64,000 nucleotides of DNA, from positions 186,001 through 250,000 of the forward strand of contig JAPEUD010000018.1 in the NCBI GenBank assembly GCA_026026165.1, read 5' to 3'. How positions within the stretch are numbered: position 1 is the stretch's first letter; each line of letters starts with the position of its first letter. Positions 1 through 12,690 of the stretch are shown here, one piece after another. A model generated the notes under the pieces. That model was not told the DNA's origin and did no database searches. It saw only the letters and a list, made by a program, of their open reading frames with translations. The stretch is from Sarea resinae (Eukaryota). Position numbers and translations under genes: made by a program.

Positions 1-1597
1 TGAAACGGTATTAACACCTGCTACCTGAATGATCATGGACTAATACTTTTCATGACAAGTCTGAGAACGCGAATGGGCTATGTAGAGCAAGCCGAACAAA
101 GCTTGGAGGAGAAAAGGGAACATTGTACGTTGTTCGGCCATGATAAGCCCGCATGGTAGCTGACCGGCCTAAGATATCAAGGTCGTGAAAGCATTCGAAA
201 GTGCGCTAGCTCTCCTCAGCAGTTCGTGATGATTTGGGCGTCCTGATGACCTTTCTCATCGCGTTTACTACTCAGGAGACTTCGAACTGTTTGGGTCGCA
301 ATGGTCTCCGACATCACCAGTGAGAGACTCTGGAGACGAAGCCGCCGGGACGCCGGCGCCCCGACTTGCGACTTTGTCTGTTCAGAACGTCGCTTCTACG
401 GTCCGACAGAGAGTGGCCCTTCTGCACCCGGAATGGTGTAGTATTTTGTGATCGTTAGAATGCCTTATGGACAGGTACGATTATGTTATGCCTGGGAATG
501 TTCGCGCCGGCCGTCCCTTAACATACGCGCGGATGGAGCTTGGAGATGTGCTATTCATCAATTTTCGAGAGGATATGGCGAGGCTGCATTTTCTTGCTTG
601 GTGACGATGTGTCAAAGCGAAGGAAGACTGTTGCCAGAAAGAGTAGCGGCACCTGATTTCAATGACTTGCCACGAATATCGCGAGGCTTCAGCTCGAGTG
701 CAATCAATTCCCAAAGATTCTGCTACACTACAATAGACTCGGTGCTGCAAGTAGATGCAGAGTCGGCCAGCGAGCAGGATCTCGTTAGGTATGGCTCAGG
801 TATTGATTCACACCATCCTCGCGACCTCGCAATGCTCCTGTGCCGGTGCCAATGAATGCTTATGATCCCTAGACTCCCTCCTCCTCCCTCCTCCCTCCTC
901 CCTCCCCACTTCTACCTTTCAACAGTGCAGTACAGGCTTGGCCCACCTTCCAGAGCGGAGATTACTCTAGTGTTCTTATCCGTCCCAATGGCTTCGCGAG
1001 CTGAGATCATCTCTTTATATCCGTCTCTCCGTAGCCGTCGGCGGGTCGTACAATCTCCACAATATATATCCTGTACCCCCTCGCCCCTCAGCCATGACAG
1101 GTAAGATTCGGCAGGAATTGTCATGCATGCGGTCTGGCGTAGGCACTAGACCATTCATATTACTTGTCAGATATCCGACAGATTGTCCGCCAGATACCCG
1201 ACCGGGCGCTAACTTCTAGGCCTACGCACTCCCTATCATACCCGCTATCCGCTATCTTAGCCGCGCGTTATTCCATCGTTCATTCGTCGAGAGGCTGCGC
1301 TGAGCCGATAAGACAAGGTGGCATTCATGGCAAAGCCGCTGCTCATGCTTTGGGAAAAGAACAATTCTGGCACGCCTTGGACAGCGTCCAATTCTCCAAC
1401 ATTATTGTTCGGACTTGACGGTCGCGACACTCTCAAAACATACTACGCCCAGCCATAACAACAAACTTCACCACCGCCAAATCAAAACATCACGCAACGA
1501 GCATTTGCCAGAAGTAGATCACTGATCCATTTTCTAGACATCCGAGGCCCCCAGAATCTCTCTTGAACCAGCATCTTCTCAATCCCGCACGCTCAAC

Positions 1598-2256
1598 ATG
1601 TCCACCCACACCGTCTATCTCGTAACCTGCCGCAACGACGCAAAACAGCGCGCCCACTTCTCCATCTTCATCCCGCAGGAAGCGGACCCCGAGCGCGGGA
1701 GCCTGATCGAAGTCATCGGCGCCCCGATGGTCGGCTACCGCCTCGAATTCCGACGCGCATATCGACTAGCCGACACCCCACAGCGCTACACCCTCGTGCC
1801 CCTCGGCCTCGTCCAGGCACAGCATATGCAATACCCCCCGGCCCTCGAGGAAGGCTCCGACGAGACAGTCCCTAAGAACGACATGGAGCGCGCCGCCAGC
1901 GCGGTGCCCCCGCCTCGAATCAGCCAGAACTTCATGGCGCCCGTCAACGATGTCAGTGTGTTGAAACCACCTACCTACCAACCTATTGATTTTTGCCCGC
2001 TGCCCCCCTCCCCCCATTCCCCCAACCCCGAAATGCGACGTCTGTCTGTCTTGCTTTCTTTCTTTTTTTTTCTTTTCTAAGTCTCATGCAGACCACGAAT
2101 CAGCGGTGCCAGGAATGGACCATGGCGTACGTGCGGCGGCTTGTTAGCTTGCACTACCTCGAACCAGAAGCCCTTCAGATTGTCCAGTCTCACCGCGACC
2201 CGCCATCTCATGGCATCGGGTTGCAGCCCGTGGGCGTGGGGTTGGGACGTGCGTGA
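1598..2256 (+). CDS. Conserved fungal hypothetical protein (DUF6540-like), 2 exons
   Basis: Exons 1598-1951 and 2092-2256. Intron 1952-2091 (GTCAGT...CTAA...CAG) joins ...MAPVND to TTNQRCQEWT in frame. Motifs AHFSIFIP, VIGAPMVGYRLEF and CQEW are typical of this family (name from memory). Confidence 0.8.
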
Positions 2257-2655
2257 TGAGTAGATACTCTGAGTACTGGGGGCCTTGTGTGATCAGTGTG
2301 TTAGCTGGCTTAGATAGAGTATCTCTTGAGCTGTGGAGAAGGTGCGTGGGTTTGGATATCATTTTTGGTCTGTAGTCTGAGCGCCGGCTGCCTCTGGGGC
2401 CTTTCTGCTGCTGGAAAGGGGGCCAGTGGCTTGAGGAAGAGTCCTTTCTTGATTGCTAGGTATTTATGATTCAAAAAGAGACATTTTCTAAAAGGAACTG
2501 ATGGACCGAGTGTCTATCACAACACCATTCTCCTTGATCGGAATTGCTACAAGGCCAAGTAAGACACGAGAGAGAGAGAGAAAAGCTCTGAATTCTACTA
2601 TATCGTCATTCCCCAGCTACGTTCGCGACACAGACACATGATCTCAACAAGACAA

Positions 2656-2692
2656 CCCCATGCATCCATGCATCCATGCATCCATGCATCCA
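2656..2692. repeat. (CCATGCAT)n tandem repeat just 3' of the CFT1 stop codon
   Basis: ccatgcatccatgcatccatgcatccatgcatcc read directly. Confidence 0.9.
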
Positions 2693-2702
2693 CGCACACC
2701 GC

Positions 2703-5700
2703 CTACAAAAAGCCCAATCCCGCGCCACCAACGATATCCAAATCGGCCCGGACCTCCCAATCCTCGGCGCCGATGCGCCCGCAGATCTCCGCGCGCCGCT
2801 GACTCCCCAGCATCATGTACTGGCGCAGCAGCGCGCCGTCGACGACATTCCGGCCGCTGTTGACGCCGCCACCGATGCCGACGCCCAGGCCGCCGCCACC
2901 ACCGCCGCCGATGGTGCCGGCGCTCCCGGCCGCGTGAAGGGCGGATACGGCGCGGTAGGCGCGCGGGTTCAGGCCGCAGGCGTGCTCGAGGCTGTTGAGG
3001 AGCGCGGTTTGCAGCGCCGAGAGGCGGCGGTATTGGGACTCGGTGAGTGGCGAGAGCAGGGCCAGGGTACCGGATTGCGAGGTTATGAGGAGGTGGTGCG
3101 GCGGGAGCGTGGCGAGGTCTTGGTCTTGGTGGTTGGTAGGCGAGTCTGTCATGCTGGTGTCGTTGTCGTCTGGGCTGGTGACGGAGAGGCGCGGAAGCGT
3201 CGAAGGGAGGAGGTTGATCGAGGTCGTGAAGTGGCCTGTGTGGAAGGCGCTGCGGTGGATGAGACGTTGGCCCGAGAGAGATTGAGGGTCTATCGATTTT
3301 GAAGGAGAGGCAAACGTTAGCTTTTTGGTATGCGCTGGTAGAAGGCAGTAGGGGGGGGTAAGGAGCTTTCGGGATAGAAAAAAGAGACAATGTAATGGAC
3401 TTACGCTCGGGGTCGAATTGTAGCACGTGGAGGTTGCAATTGTCGTCTGCCACTATGATGAAGAGTTGGTTGGCATCGGGGAGGAAATCGGCAGCCATGA
3501 CTGATAGGTGCGTGACGTCTTTGCCGAAGAGGTTCATTTTATACGGCTCCTCCTATTGTGAAGAGCGTTAGCTGGAAATTGCTTAACCGGTGAGCGGCGA
3601 CAGCAAACTGTCAATCGAGAAGCTGGTGTGAGAATTTACGCACCGAGTACCCAGTCAGCCAGATCCCTTTCAACGCGTCGCCCATGATACACAACCCCGT
3701 CCCCTTCAACTCCTTGGCCACAGAAACATAGCACTGCATGTCCATGAAAGCGACAGGCAGCAAACTGCCATCTTCCTTCAAGCCCCTGACCATGCATTTC
3801 TGTCCCTGGGCCGCAAGCAAGAACCCTTGAGATCCGATTTCCGAAAGCGCAGTCACAGCGCCCTTGACCTCTTCTTTGGCGATGAGCTTGAGCTTGCGGT
3901 TGGTTTCCGGGTGGCCGGGCTCTGGCACGACGGAGATGATATCGAAGATGTAGATGTTTCCCTTGGTTGAGAGGTCTTCACCTTGAAGGATCGCAGTGCC
4001 TACTGCTATGAGAGGCTTTCTTTCGTGCGTAGTTTCGGAGATTTCCAGGTTCAGGGTTTTAATGCAGATGACACTTTCGGTGGGCTCGAGTTCGTATCTG
4101 GAAGCAAGTCAGTCATACCAAGAAGAAGTTCGGACACGGGGAAAGCGGGAATGAATACGTGTCAACGACCGTCCATGTGATGGGATTCAAGATCTTAATG
4201 AAGCCATGGTCGATTTCGGGTTTGAAGCTTGTGTCTAGGACTATCAGCTGTCTGAACTAGAGCTGACCATCAATCCATAATTTACCTTCTCTCTTCCATT
4301 CATGATGGAAGTCGTCATCTTCTGGTAGCTTGAACTCTTCTTTCTCGCTCGTTCCAATGACATATACCCCCATAGGAGCATGATAACTAAGAGTGTACAC
4401 TTCCGAACCAACTGCTACTTTCCGCGTCGCCCAGCCCGTTTCGCTGAAATGGGTTTTTGGTGGCAGTTGAGACACCCGTACAATGCCCTGTAGTACTTGC
4501 GTAAGTGCCCGACAATAGACTTGGACCAAGGTCAGGATTTCTCACATTATTGTCGACATAGACGAATCCTCTATCACACCCGCCAGTATGGAATCCGCTC
4601 ATTCCACGGACGGCTTTGCCTTGAAGGTTCAGCACTTTCGGAATGCTTTGGGCACTTTTTATGATAAAGCTTGGGGAACTTCCAGGCAGGAACACCGTAC
4701 TATATCCCCCGATATTAGATACAGCGCGCAAGGGATTCGCACGGCCTCCTTGATTGCCTTCGGTATCATCATGGGCAGCCTCGGCCGGTGACTTGGGAAG
4801 ATGGGGATTTGGGATTTTTAGAAAATGGAGGCTACTAGAGAGTGAAGTCTCAGAACCACCGTCACGCCAGTGGTAGGGCTCGTAAATGGTCAAATCGTCG
4901 TTTGCGGTACGCAGCTAGACGGTATCAGTGCTGCAAACTACATGCATCGAGAGAAGCTTACGATCATGTATGGAGTACTTGCTGTCTCATCACCAAGGTC
5001 TGCGACGATGACTTCCGTGAGCGTTTCTTTCGTAGTTGAGCGTCTGACAGTATAATCAGACGACAGCATAGGAGGAAGATAACTGAGGCCTTCGGCGACG
5101 TATATTGGCTTTGTTAAGTCGGGAAGAGCATATATCTATCGTGAAAGTGATATCAGCAGCTATCGTTCAAGCCAGACCAAAAATTGGCCTATAACCGTAG
5201 GCAATCCGAAACTCACCTGCATTCCTCCTTGTGTATTCAAAAGAAACATCAAGACTTTTCCTTGGCTTTTCTCGCGACCTGATTTCATCTCGATAGCCCC
5301 ATTCCGATCCCGATACAACGAGCCTGAGAGCCACTTCATGGACATCAGCGCATCACCTCTCTCCACTTCATCTAGATCTCCGCTATCATCGGCCTCCAGT
5401 ACCACGATACTAGCATCGTCCCGCACGATCAAAAGATATGGATCCGCAAAACTGACGCTAACAACCGTGGGCTCTGCGCCTGTAAGTTCATCCGCCATGG
5501 GAAATATCTGTGAAAGGCCAAGCTCTGTAGAGACATCAGCATCAGAATAGTGACTGGCTCCATACAATAACAATCACTTGGGCAAGCAGTGCGATGAACA
5601 TGTGCAAGGTGCATAACGTATTGTATTTCGTTATGAAACATAAATGGTCTGCAGTCCCAGAATAGCCAAGGCCAACTGTATGTGGTGTCCGAAATCGACA

Positions 5701-8059
5701 GTATATCCTTCATCCCAGAGAACAGGCCTAGAGGAACAAACAAAGGTAGTGCCAAGGACCAAAGACTATTATCCTTCGAAGTCTGCTTGTCCAGACCTGC
5801 CCTTGCCAGCCAGTATTGGCGAAGAGATCCACTGCTTCGCAACCGTAGACACGGTTCCGAACTTTCCCATAGCAAGAGAGCTATCGGAACGAATATTCCT
5901 GACGAAAGAAGGATGAAAGGGGAGAAAAAGGGGCAAGAAAAGATACGGGGCTTACCTCCGTCATAGCTCCTAATTTCCGCCCCTAGCACTTGCACCACCC
6001 GCATCCCTCGAGCCAAAGTTCCCACATCGATCGTGCCTCCTGCCGACGGTTCGAATTCAGTACCTTTAAGCTCCTCAAAACCCGTTGGCGTCAAAGCATA
6101 GACAGCAGACTCATCGGCGCCGGTTGAGGACATCTTAGAAACAATCATGAATCGGTCGTACTCAATGTCAAGTGCATAAGCGGCCTCGGGTCCTTCTTTG
6201 CCTTTGGCAGAAGACTGCGAGACCATGCCCTTGGCAATAGGCCTCTTGGCGCAGACAGACCAGACGCCTTGTGCTTCAAGAAACTCAAATCGCCCTATCA
6301 CCTTCGGGGCAATCCCGCGGCCCATTACAGCAACCCCTCCCGCCCTGCCCCGCCCAGACGGCGTCACAAGCTCGAGGTCGGCCACGACGTCTCTTGAGTT
6401 CTTTTCCTGCTCGCTATCTGGAAAGAACGCAGGACTACCTAAGGCAATCTCTCGCGTAGGGGCGACATTCGGCAAGATATCGTGGATTCTAAAGACATAA
6501 TCACCAGCTTGGCTACGCTCAAGAGCAGCAGACGCATCTTTCCGCTCCTGAGTCTGCTCTGCCTCGCCGGAATACAAGTCATCCTGGTCTTCTCCATCCG
6601 CCGAGTCAAAAAGATCGTCTTCGTCATCCATTTCCATATGTTGGCGCTGTTTTGCTGATCGATTCGATCTTTGCGTCCAACCAAGCAGGACAGAATCCGC
6701 ATCTTCGCTACCAACTAGAATCCTGCCACGGTCGACAAGAGTGGTACAGAAAGCTCCTGCCTGCAAGATCTTCCCTCCATGATCAACCGTAACCCGTCGA
6801 ACGTTGACACTGGAGACTGATCTACCGTCCATGGCAAAACCCAGAATAGCAAGCTCTCCGGTGTTCAGGATGATGGCCATGTCTCCATTATCGGCCCCCA
6901 GCTGCTGAATCGAACACCCCTCCAGCTTCAGTTGAAGGTCGGATTGGTCCGCCATTGCAAAAGAGGAGGATTGCTTTGCGAACTCATTCACACCGACTGC
7001 ATTAGTCTTTCCGGCTTGATCCACGTGTATGAGCTCGTTGGCACCCACGAGAAGTGCTCCACCGACAGGCAACGGAAGTGGTATGACTCTGTGAAGATCG
7101 TACGGGAGCCCCGAGATGGAGAGTAGCTCTGTAGATTGGCGTTGTTCCAGTTCCAACGTATATACACCATATGAGAGCATATCGCGGCGCTCATGGAGAA
7201 GGGAAGAAGATGGCGACTTCTCGCAAGAAAGAACCCCAAAGGTGGGCTCGCGGTATTCGTAGAGGAAAGCCAGGTGTAATGGATGGATGAGCCGTGGTTG
7301 AACGGTAGCGAGAGACAGCACAAAGGAAGATGCGTAGGGTGTTGGCCATGAAGAAGTATTTCCACCGACTGTTTTCAGACTAGACTTGGGCTCCGGATTC
7401 TCTCCATCCAGGTCTGGGTCATAATCATCCATGACAAGATCATCGCCCGCCTGGTGAAATGGCAGGACCGCCAGACTCCGGGCTCCAAATTTCAGCACGG
7501 CGCACCGGCTGCTCGGATCAACACTCAGATAGCTAGCATATTGGCTGAGATCAGAGGCCCACGGGCTCTTGAGTAGGTCATCGCCCTCGTAATAGTGTAT
7601 TGAGATGGTCGAGAGACTATGTCGTTCCGGATCCCACTCGACCAGACTCAGCTTGGCGTCTCGAAATGCGACGAGGAGCGCTTCTCCGCCCGCTTTCGAA
7701 TTCAGCGTCTTGATGCGAGCGAGAGATGTGACGGTGCCCGGTAGACTGTACTCGGCGACCAAGATGAGCTTGGTGGAATGGATGCGTTCGGCGCGTTGAA
7801 TGGTCAGATCGGTCCCTAGAAACGTCTGCTCATTGTTTTCGCTCTCAAGATCGCGCCGACTGGGAACCTGAGGATTCTCGTCGACGGCCGCATGGTTGTC
7901 CTGGGTCCCATCGACCTCGGTGATAATTGTCTTCCATCTGAAGATTTGAAGAAGGGAGGTCTTCGCTACGACTAAATTATTCGATGACGGTGCCAGGAAC
8001 GGAAGGGTCAAGGCATGCGTGACCGCAGTCGGAGGAGTGAGTTCGGTATAGCACTGCAT
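2703..8059 (-). CDS. CFT1: Cleavage and polyadenylation specificity factor subunit 1 (CPSF160/Cft1), multi-exon
   Basis: Starts [15 protein letters not shown]. Contains [68 protein letters not shown] and [14 protein letters not shown] pieces at 5429-8119, 5160-5573, 4387-4893, 4257-4529, 3611-3928 and 2703-3152 are joined by GT-AG introns. Confidence 0.96.
5525..5955 (-). other. Long (431 nt) first intron of CFT1 with multiple hairpins; candidate intronic structured RNA
   Basis: Donor GTAAGC at 5955, branch-like GCTGAT and acceptor CTACAG at 5525. Splicing restores [13 protein letters not shown]. Inverted repeats at 5864-5889, 5841-5856, 5819-5840, 5780-5797 and 5612-5635. Confidence 0.6.
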
Positions 8060-8582
8060 GCTGAACGGCGCAATGCTTCCTGATCTCTCCTCTCGGTCAT
8101 CGGCCTGAGCACATCGCACTATCGAAGTCCCATGAAAGGTGGATGAGTGCTGTAGATGTTGTTGATGGGCGAAGAAGACAAGAGCAGAGATGATGAAGAT
8201 GCACTGAATTGGTGCTTTGATATGAAAGACGAAAGTTCGAATTGGAAGTTGATACGAAACTGCACCTTTGGGTGCCGTGTGTAGCGTACAAAGTAGTCGT
8301 GTACCCTGAAGCTCCAGCTATGACGGTGATGATGATGGACGACGCGATACACCGCAAGCTGCAGCTCCCTCCATACGCCTCACTTTGCCATCAACACTCC
8401 TCCACCGTCAACCACCCACGTTGAGTCTTCTCACAGTCTCACCGGGCCACCGATCTCACCATTCTCGGATCATCATCAAAATGCTTGCGAGGAGCATATA
8501 GCGAACATAGAACCATTGCCATTGCTCAACTCCCAAAACAACAAACTCGTCGTGAAGCAGGCGAACACCCGACATCAGCACC

Positions 8583-10559
8583 ATGGCGCTCATCCAGACC
8601 AGTCTGATCTGGGTCACCTATGCCGTCGTCGTCGTGCTCTTGATGGGCATCGCATCCATCTTCGTCTACACCTACCAGACGCCGCGTGATCGTGCGGCCT
8701 CCGTCACGACGGTGTGCATCTTCACCCTGACAGCTCTACTGGCCACCGTTCTCTTACTGCCGGTCGACATCGCCCTGGTTTCCTCGACTACGGCCTCCAA
8801 GCTGGGTCGCAAGAAAGACTGGGCCACTCCGGACAAGGTCGACAATATCCTCTTCACCTTGAAAGTGGTCTACTATACTCTCTTTTCGCTGGATGCGCTT
8901 CTGTGCTTGATCGTGGTGCCTTTCACCTACTTCTATTATGAAGAGTACGATGAAGTGGAGGAGGCAGAAGGCGAGCAGTCGATCGCCAAACGGCTCTGGG
9001 GAGCGCTGAAATACACCATTGTGCTGATTCTCTTGGTGGTGATCTTGTTCCTCGTTGGCTTCTTCGTTCCGGTTGCTGGAAAGAGGAACGGCAAGCACCT
9101 GGACCTTGACTACTTTAAGAAGCTTTTGGCCGAAAATCGTGAGCCACTTTCTTCCTCTCACGTGAGTGAATCCTTACTAATATTTATCGTAGACGGAGAA
9201 CGTGCATTGACATTTGCCCTTGGACTTCTGATTACAATCGGAACGGTAATTTACGTCCTCTATACAGCCTCCGGCTTTGCACTCCTCCCCATCAGCTTCA
9301 TAAAGTCCGCGCCTTCGATCTCCGCTCCGACACTCGCCGCAAACACCGCGTCTGAGCTTGAAGGCAACCGCGAGCGTCAGCGCCAGCTTGAGGGTCGCAA
9401 TGCCGGCCGCTCAGGAGGCCTTGATCCAAAGGACCGCCGTGAACTCGAAGCTCTCCACCGCGAAGAGCGGACCCTCATTCGCCGCGAGCGCCTAGCTGCC
9501 GAAGCAAGCGGCGAGGGCCGCAGCTGGCTCGTCAAGACCTGGACGAAAACCGAAGCAATCTTCCGACCGGTCAAGCTTCTCGGTGGTATCTTTCTTCTGC
9601 TCATCGCCATCTTGGTCTGGGTCTCTATGCTCCTCACATCTATCGACAAGGCCAAGAACTCCATCTGCAAACAGCATTGCGGTTACGTACTGGGCCACAT
9701 CAATGTCTTTAACCCCGTCAACTGGATCTTCGTCCAAGCGGCCAAAGTCTTCCCAATCGACTACATCATTGTGTCTCTCCTCGTGCTCTTCTTCTTCAGT
9801 AGCTCCGTCGTTGGCATCGCTGTTGTGGGCATTCGTTTCTTGTGGATTACGATCTTCCAGATCAGAAAGGGCCACACATCACCACAGGCGCTGCTGATGG
9901 CGACAGTTATGCTGACTTTGATGGCTCTGGCGATCAACTACTCTCTCGCCATGATAGTCGCCCCGCAATATGCTACATTTGGTCCGCAGACCTTCTGCGA
10001 TCGGCCTGCAAAGCATCCCGGTGAACAGCCCGATTGCATAAATCATAAAAGCCGCATCATCCCTTGCTCGGAAGTGTCAGAATCGGCGACTGCAAAGGAT
10101 GTTTGCACGCCTAGTTTCGTGAGCACGTTCTTGAACCGCGTCACGCTCAACTGGCCATTCTTCGGCGTCGTTGACTTCTGGGCCCAATTCGTCTTCCTCG
10201 GTATGTCTTCCTACTCTTCGATTCCGCTTCTTTTCTGAACACGACCCACTCCTTCCCCTCCCCTTCCTCCTTAACTTGTCAAATAAGTATCAGCTAACGT
10301 GCTTGCCAAATCAGCCGTCTTCCTAATCGTCTTCCTCCTGTCCCTCTTCCGCACCCCGAAACTCGACGTATCGCAACTCGACCGCGACGCCGAGGAGGAA
10401 GAAGAGGAAGGCCTCCTCTCAAGCACCGGAAGGAGGTTCGGCGCCACGTGGCAGGATATCACGGGCAGGGCGAAGAAAGCGACATCAAGGACGCGGGCCA
10501 GTGGCGTTGATGGTGCAGAGGGCGGCGAGAGCAGCCGGAATGGTTTGAGTGAGGCCTAG
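8583..10559 (+). CDS. LMBR1-family membrane protein (LMBRD1-like, 'probable lysosomal cobalamin transporter')
   Basis: Multi-TM protein with [19 protein letters not shown] and FPIDY motifs. Introns 9139-9192 and 10201-10314; last exon [15 protein letters not shown]...; stop TAG 10557-10559. Confidence 0.9.
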
Positions 10560-11011
10560 GAAAGTATATCTATGCACTATGCGCGTAGGAGAACGAGAAG
10601 GAGATCGGGTATATTGAATGAGAAAAATATTGAGTGTGACCTCTCGGCTTCCGTTTCCGGCCACAGGCATACACCAGATTGCTTGCGGTGCTTTCTTTCT
10701 CACCTCGTCCTCGGTCTTTTCGGTCTCTGTCGGCGTTGTCCTTGGTCCCCTTTTACCTCTTTCCACATTGCTCTTGCCCACTCATGTCCGTTTGATTTCC
10801 TTTTCTTTTCCATGCAAGCATTGGCGGGGCCTATCTTTTCGTCTCCGCCCTTTTCCCCTTTTTCCCTTTCAGCCATCCGCTTATCCTTCAGACCCACGCA
10901 TCTCACATCTCACATCACTATACCATCGTGTTCCCGTAGCTCTCTCTCTCTAGCCCATTCCATATATATGTCCCGGAGTTAGTCCCCTATTCATTCATTA
11001 TGCAAATCTTC

Positions 11012-11270
11012 GCCCCCCCCCCCCCCCCCGGCGCAACTAGATCCACGATGCCTGTCCCAAATGTAGGTAGGCAATAGAAGTCTTCTTCTTCTTCTCAAGG
11101 TCCCTTGGCATTTTGGGATGGGTGGGTGGATGGTATGTATGGCTTGGCGAGAGAGGCTCTCGTTACGTACGGGTGTGTGTGTGTGTGTAGGCTATGTGTG
11201 CTATGTAAAATGCTTTTGTCTCTGATGCTGAGTCCATCCCATCCCATCCCATCCCATCCCATCCCATTCC
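11012..11270. repeat. Poly-C run, (GT)n and (ATCCC)n microsatellites between convergent genes
   Basis: C16 at 11013-11028, (GT)n about 11173-11188, (ATCCC)n about 11236-11265. Confidence 0.9.
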
Positions 11271-11412
11271 ATTTCATCCATCTCTCTCGTCCATGCCCTA
11301 CCCAGGCCCTTAGACTACCCGCCACCAGGCACCAGGCGCTTAGACACCCCCGTCCCCCTTGGCCCCGCGCACAACGCCACCGCCGCCACCGCCGCCGCCG
11401 CCGCAACCGCCC

Positions 11413-12442
11413 TTATCCAGCCCCCGCATACCGCACCCAGCGATGGCTCTTCTCCTCCCATCCGGCGCTCGGCCCGGAATGGCCTCGTTGCCAGCAAGGG
11501 GTGCAGTACAGGTCGCCGTCGCAGCCGAGACAGCGCACGCTGGCTCGCGAGACGCAGATTGTGCACCACGTGTCGATGTCGTCGTCGTTGGCGGGTTTCG
11601 GGGATGTAGAATTTTGGCTTCGTGTGCGCGGGAGGAGGGACGGGGGTGTGGAGGGGACGTTTGGGAGGTTGGGAAGATGGGGTGGGTGGGTTGTTGAGGG
11701 CGAGGTGGGGTTTGCTTTTGAGGTTTTGCTATTTGGAACCGGGTTGCGGTTTCGGGGGCTTCTGCTGGAGTCGTGGTTGTCGTGGTCGTTGTCATCGCTA
11801 TCGCTATCGCTGTCGTGATTACTAGGGTCCCGGTGTCCGGCGCCCCCGTTGTGGCTCTTGTCGTCATCGTCGTTGTCCTCGTTGTTGGGTTCCGAGGAGG
11901 ACGCGCCGTATTTAGATTCGACCTCTAGCTCTGCGAGGACACGCGCGACGTAGGCAGCTGCTTCGTCGTCGTCGTTGGCGTCGTCATCGTGCTCCTCGTC
12001 AGCCGAGGATAGGGTCTCATCTGGGCCTTTCTCGCTCGAAGGCATCTCTACAGAGCCGTCTTCAGCGGCAGTATCGCCCTCCCGCGCCTGCTCATTCTCA
12101 GCAGTCGTATCGTTTATCCTGTCACCGTTCCGGCGAGGGAGATCCTTTGTTCTTTTCGCGGCATTCCCCTTCGCCTGAGATCCTCCGGTTTCTCCCTGCT
12201 CCCGTTGCTCCTGTAGCGCACTAGGCGCATCGGGCAGCATCTCCCTTGCCTGGCTCACGAGAGCGTGGATATCGTCCTCGTCGTCCGGATCGAGCGTCCA
12301 TTGTTCGTCCGGTCCCAGATCGGCTAGGAGCTGCTCGAGCGAGACGTCGTCTTCGGCGTTGTGGGGCGTGGGCTCCGGATCTGAGGGTGTTGGGAGAGTA
12401 AAGGGAGGATGGTCTGATTGTGTGGTTGGTGGGGCGGCAGAG

Positions 12443-12479
<37 letters not shown>

Positions 12480-12690
12480 CAGGCGCAGACCCGCCTCCTA
12501 ATCGCCGGAAGCGCGTCGCGAGCGCATCGTCGATTTCCGCGCGGGTGTCGAGGGCAGTGGGCGAGGAGGTGCGCGGAATTGTGGGGATGGAGGCGTTGGG
12601 GTCGAGGGATATGGGGGTTGCTTTGAGGGCGTTGAGACGGGCGAGAAGGTCGTCGTCTGTATTTGTGTTTGCTGGCGGAGAGCTGGCCAT
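11413..12690 (-). CDS. ANCHR/ZFYVE19-like protein with C-terminal B-box-type zinc finger
   Basis: Single ORF of 425 aa. C-terminal WCTICVSRASVRCLGCDGDLYCTPCWQRGH...H, N-terminal DDDLLARLNALK, acidic low-complexity middle. Confidence 0.8.
12439..12480. repeat. (AGAGCC)7 coding hexamer repeat encoding a poly-GS tract
   Basis: Direct reading; gives GSGSGSGSGSGSGS in the minus-strand ORF. Confidence 0.95.

Noticed and set aside
1170..1180. 10-mer GATATCCGAC recurring at about 1170, 25732 and 43415
   Set aside because: Some 10-mers are expected to recur in 64 kb, and the flanking similarity is too short to define an element.
1..1420. Short ORFs at the window start (e.g. 448-855) and a weak imperfect direct repeat at about 948-1027
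   Set aside because: No recognisable motifs or consistent exon structure; may be intergenic or a relic truncated by the window edge.
5850..5955. RNase P/MRP-like words (GGGAAAGTTCGG on minus; ACGGGGCTTA on plus) and hammerhead-like CTGACGA...GAAA in the CFT1 intron
   Set aside because: Partner conserved regions are not found on the same strand. ACGGGGCTTAC is simply the reverse complement of the splice donor, and hammerhead stem II cannot form.
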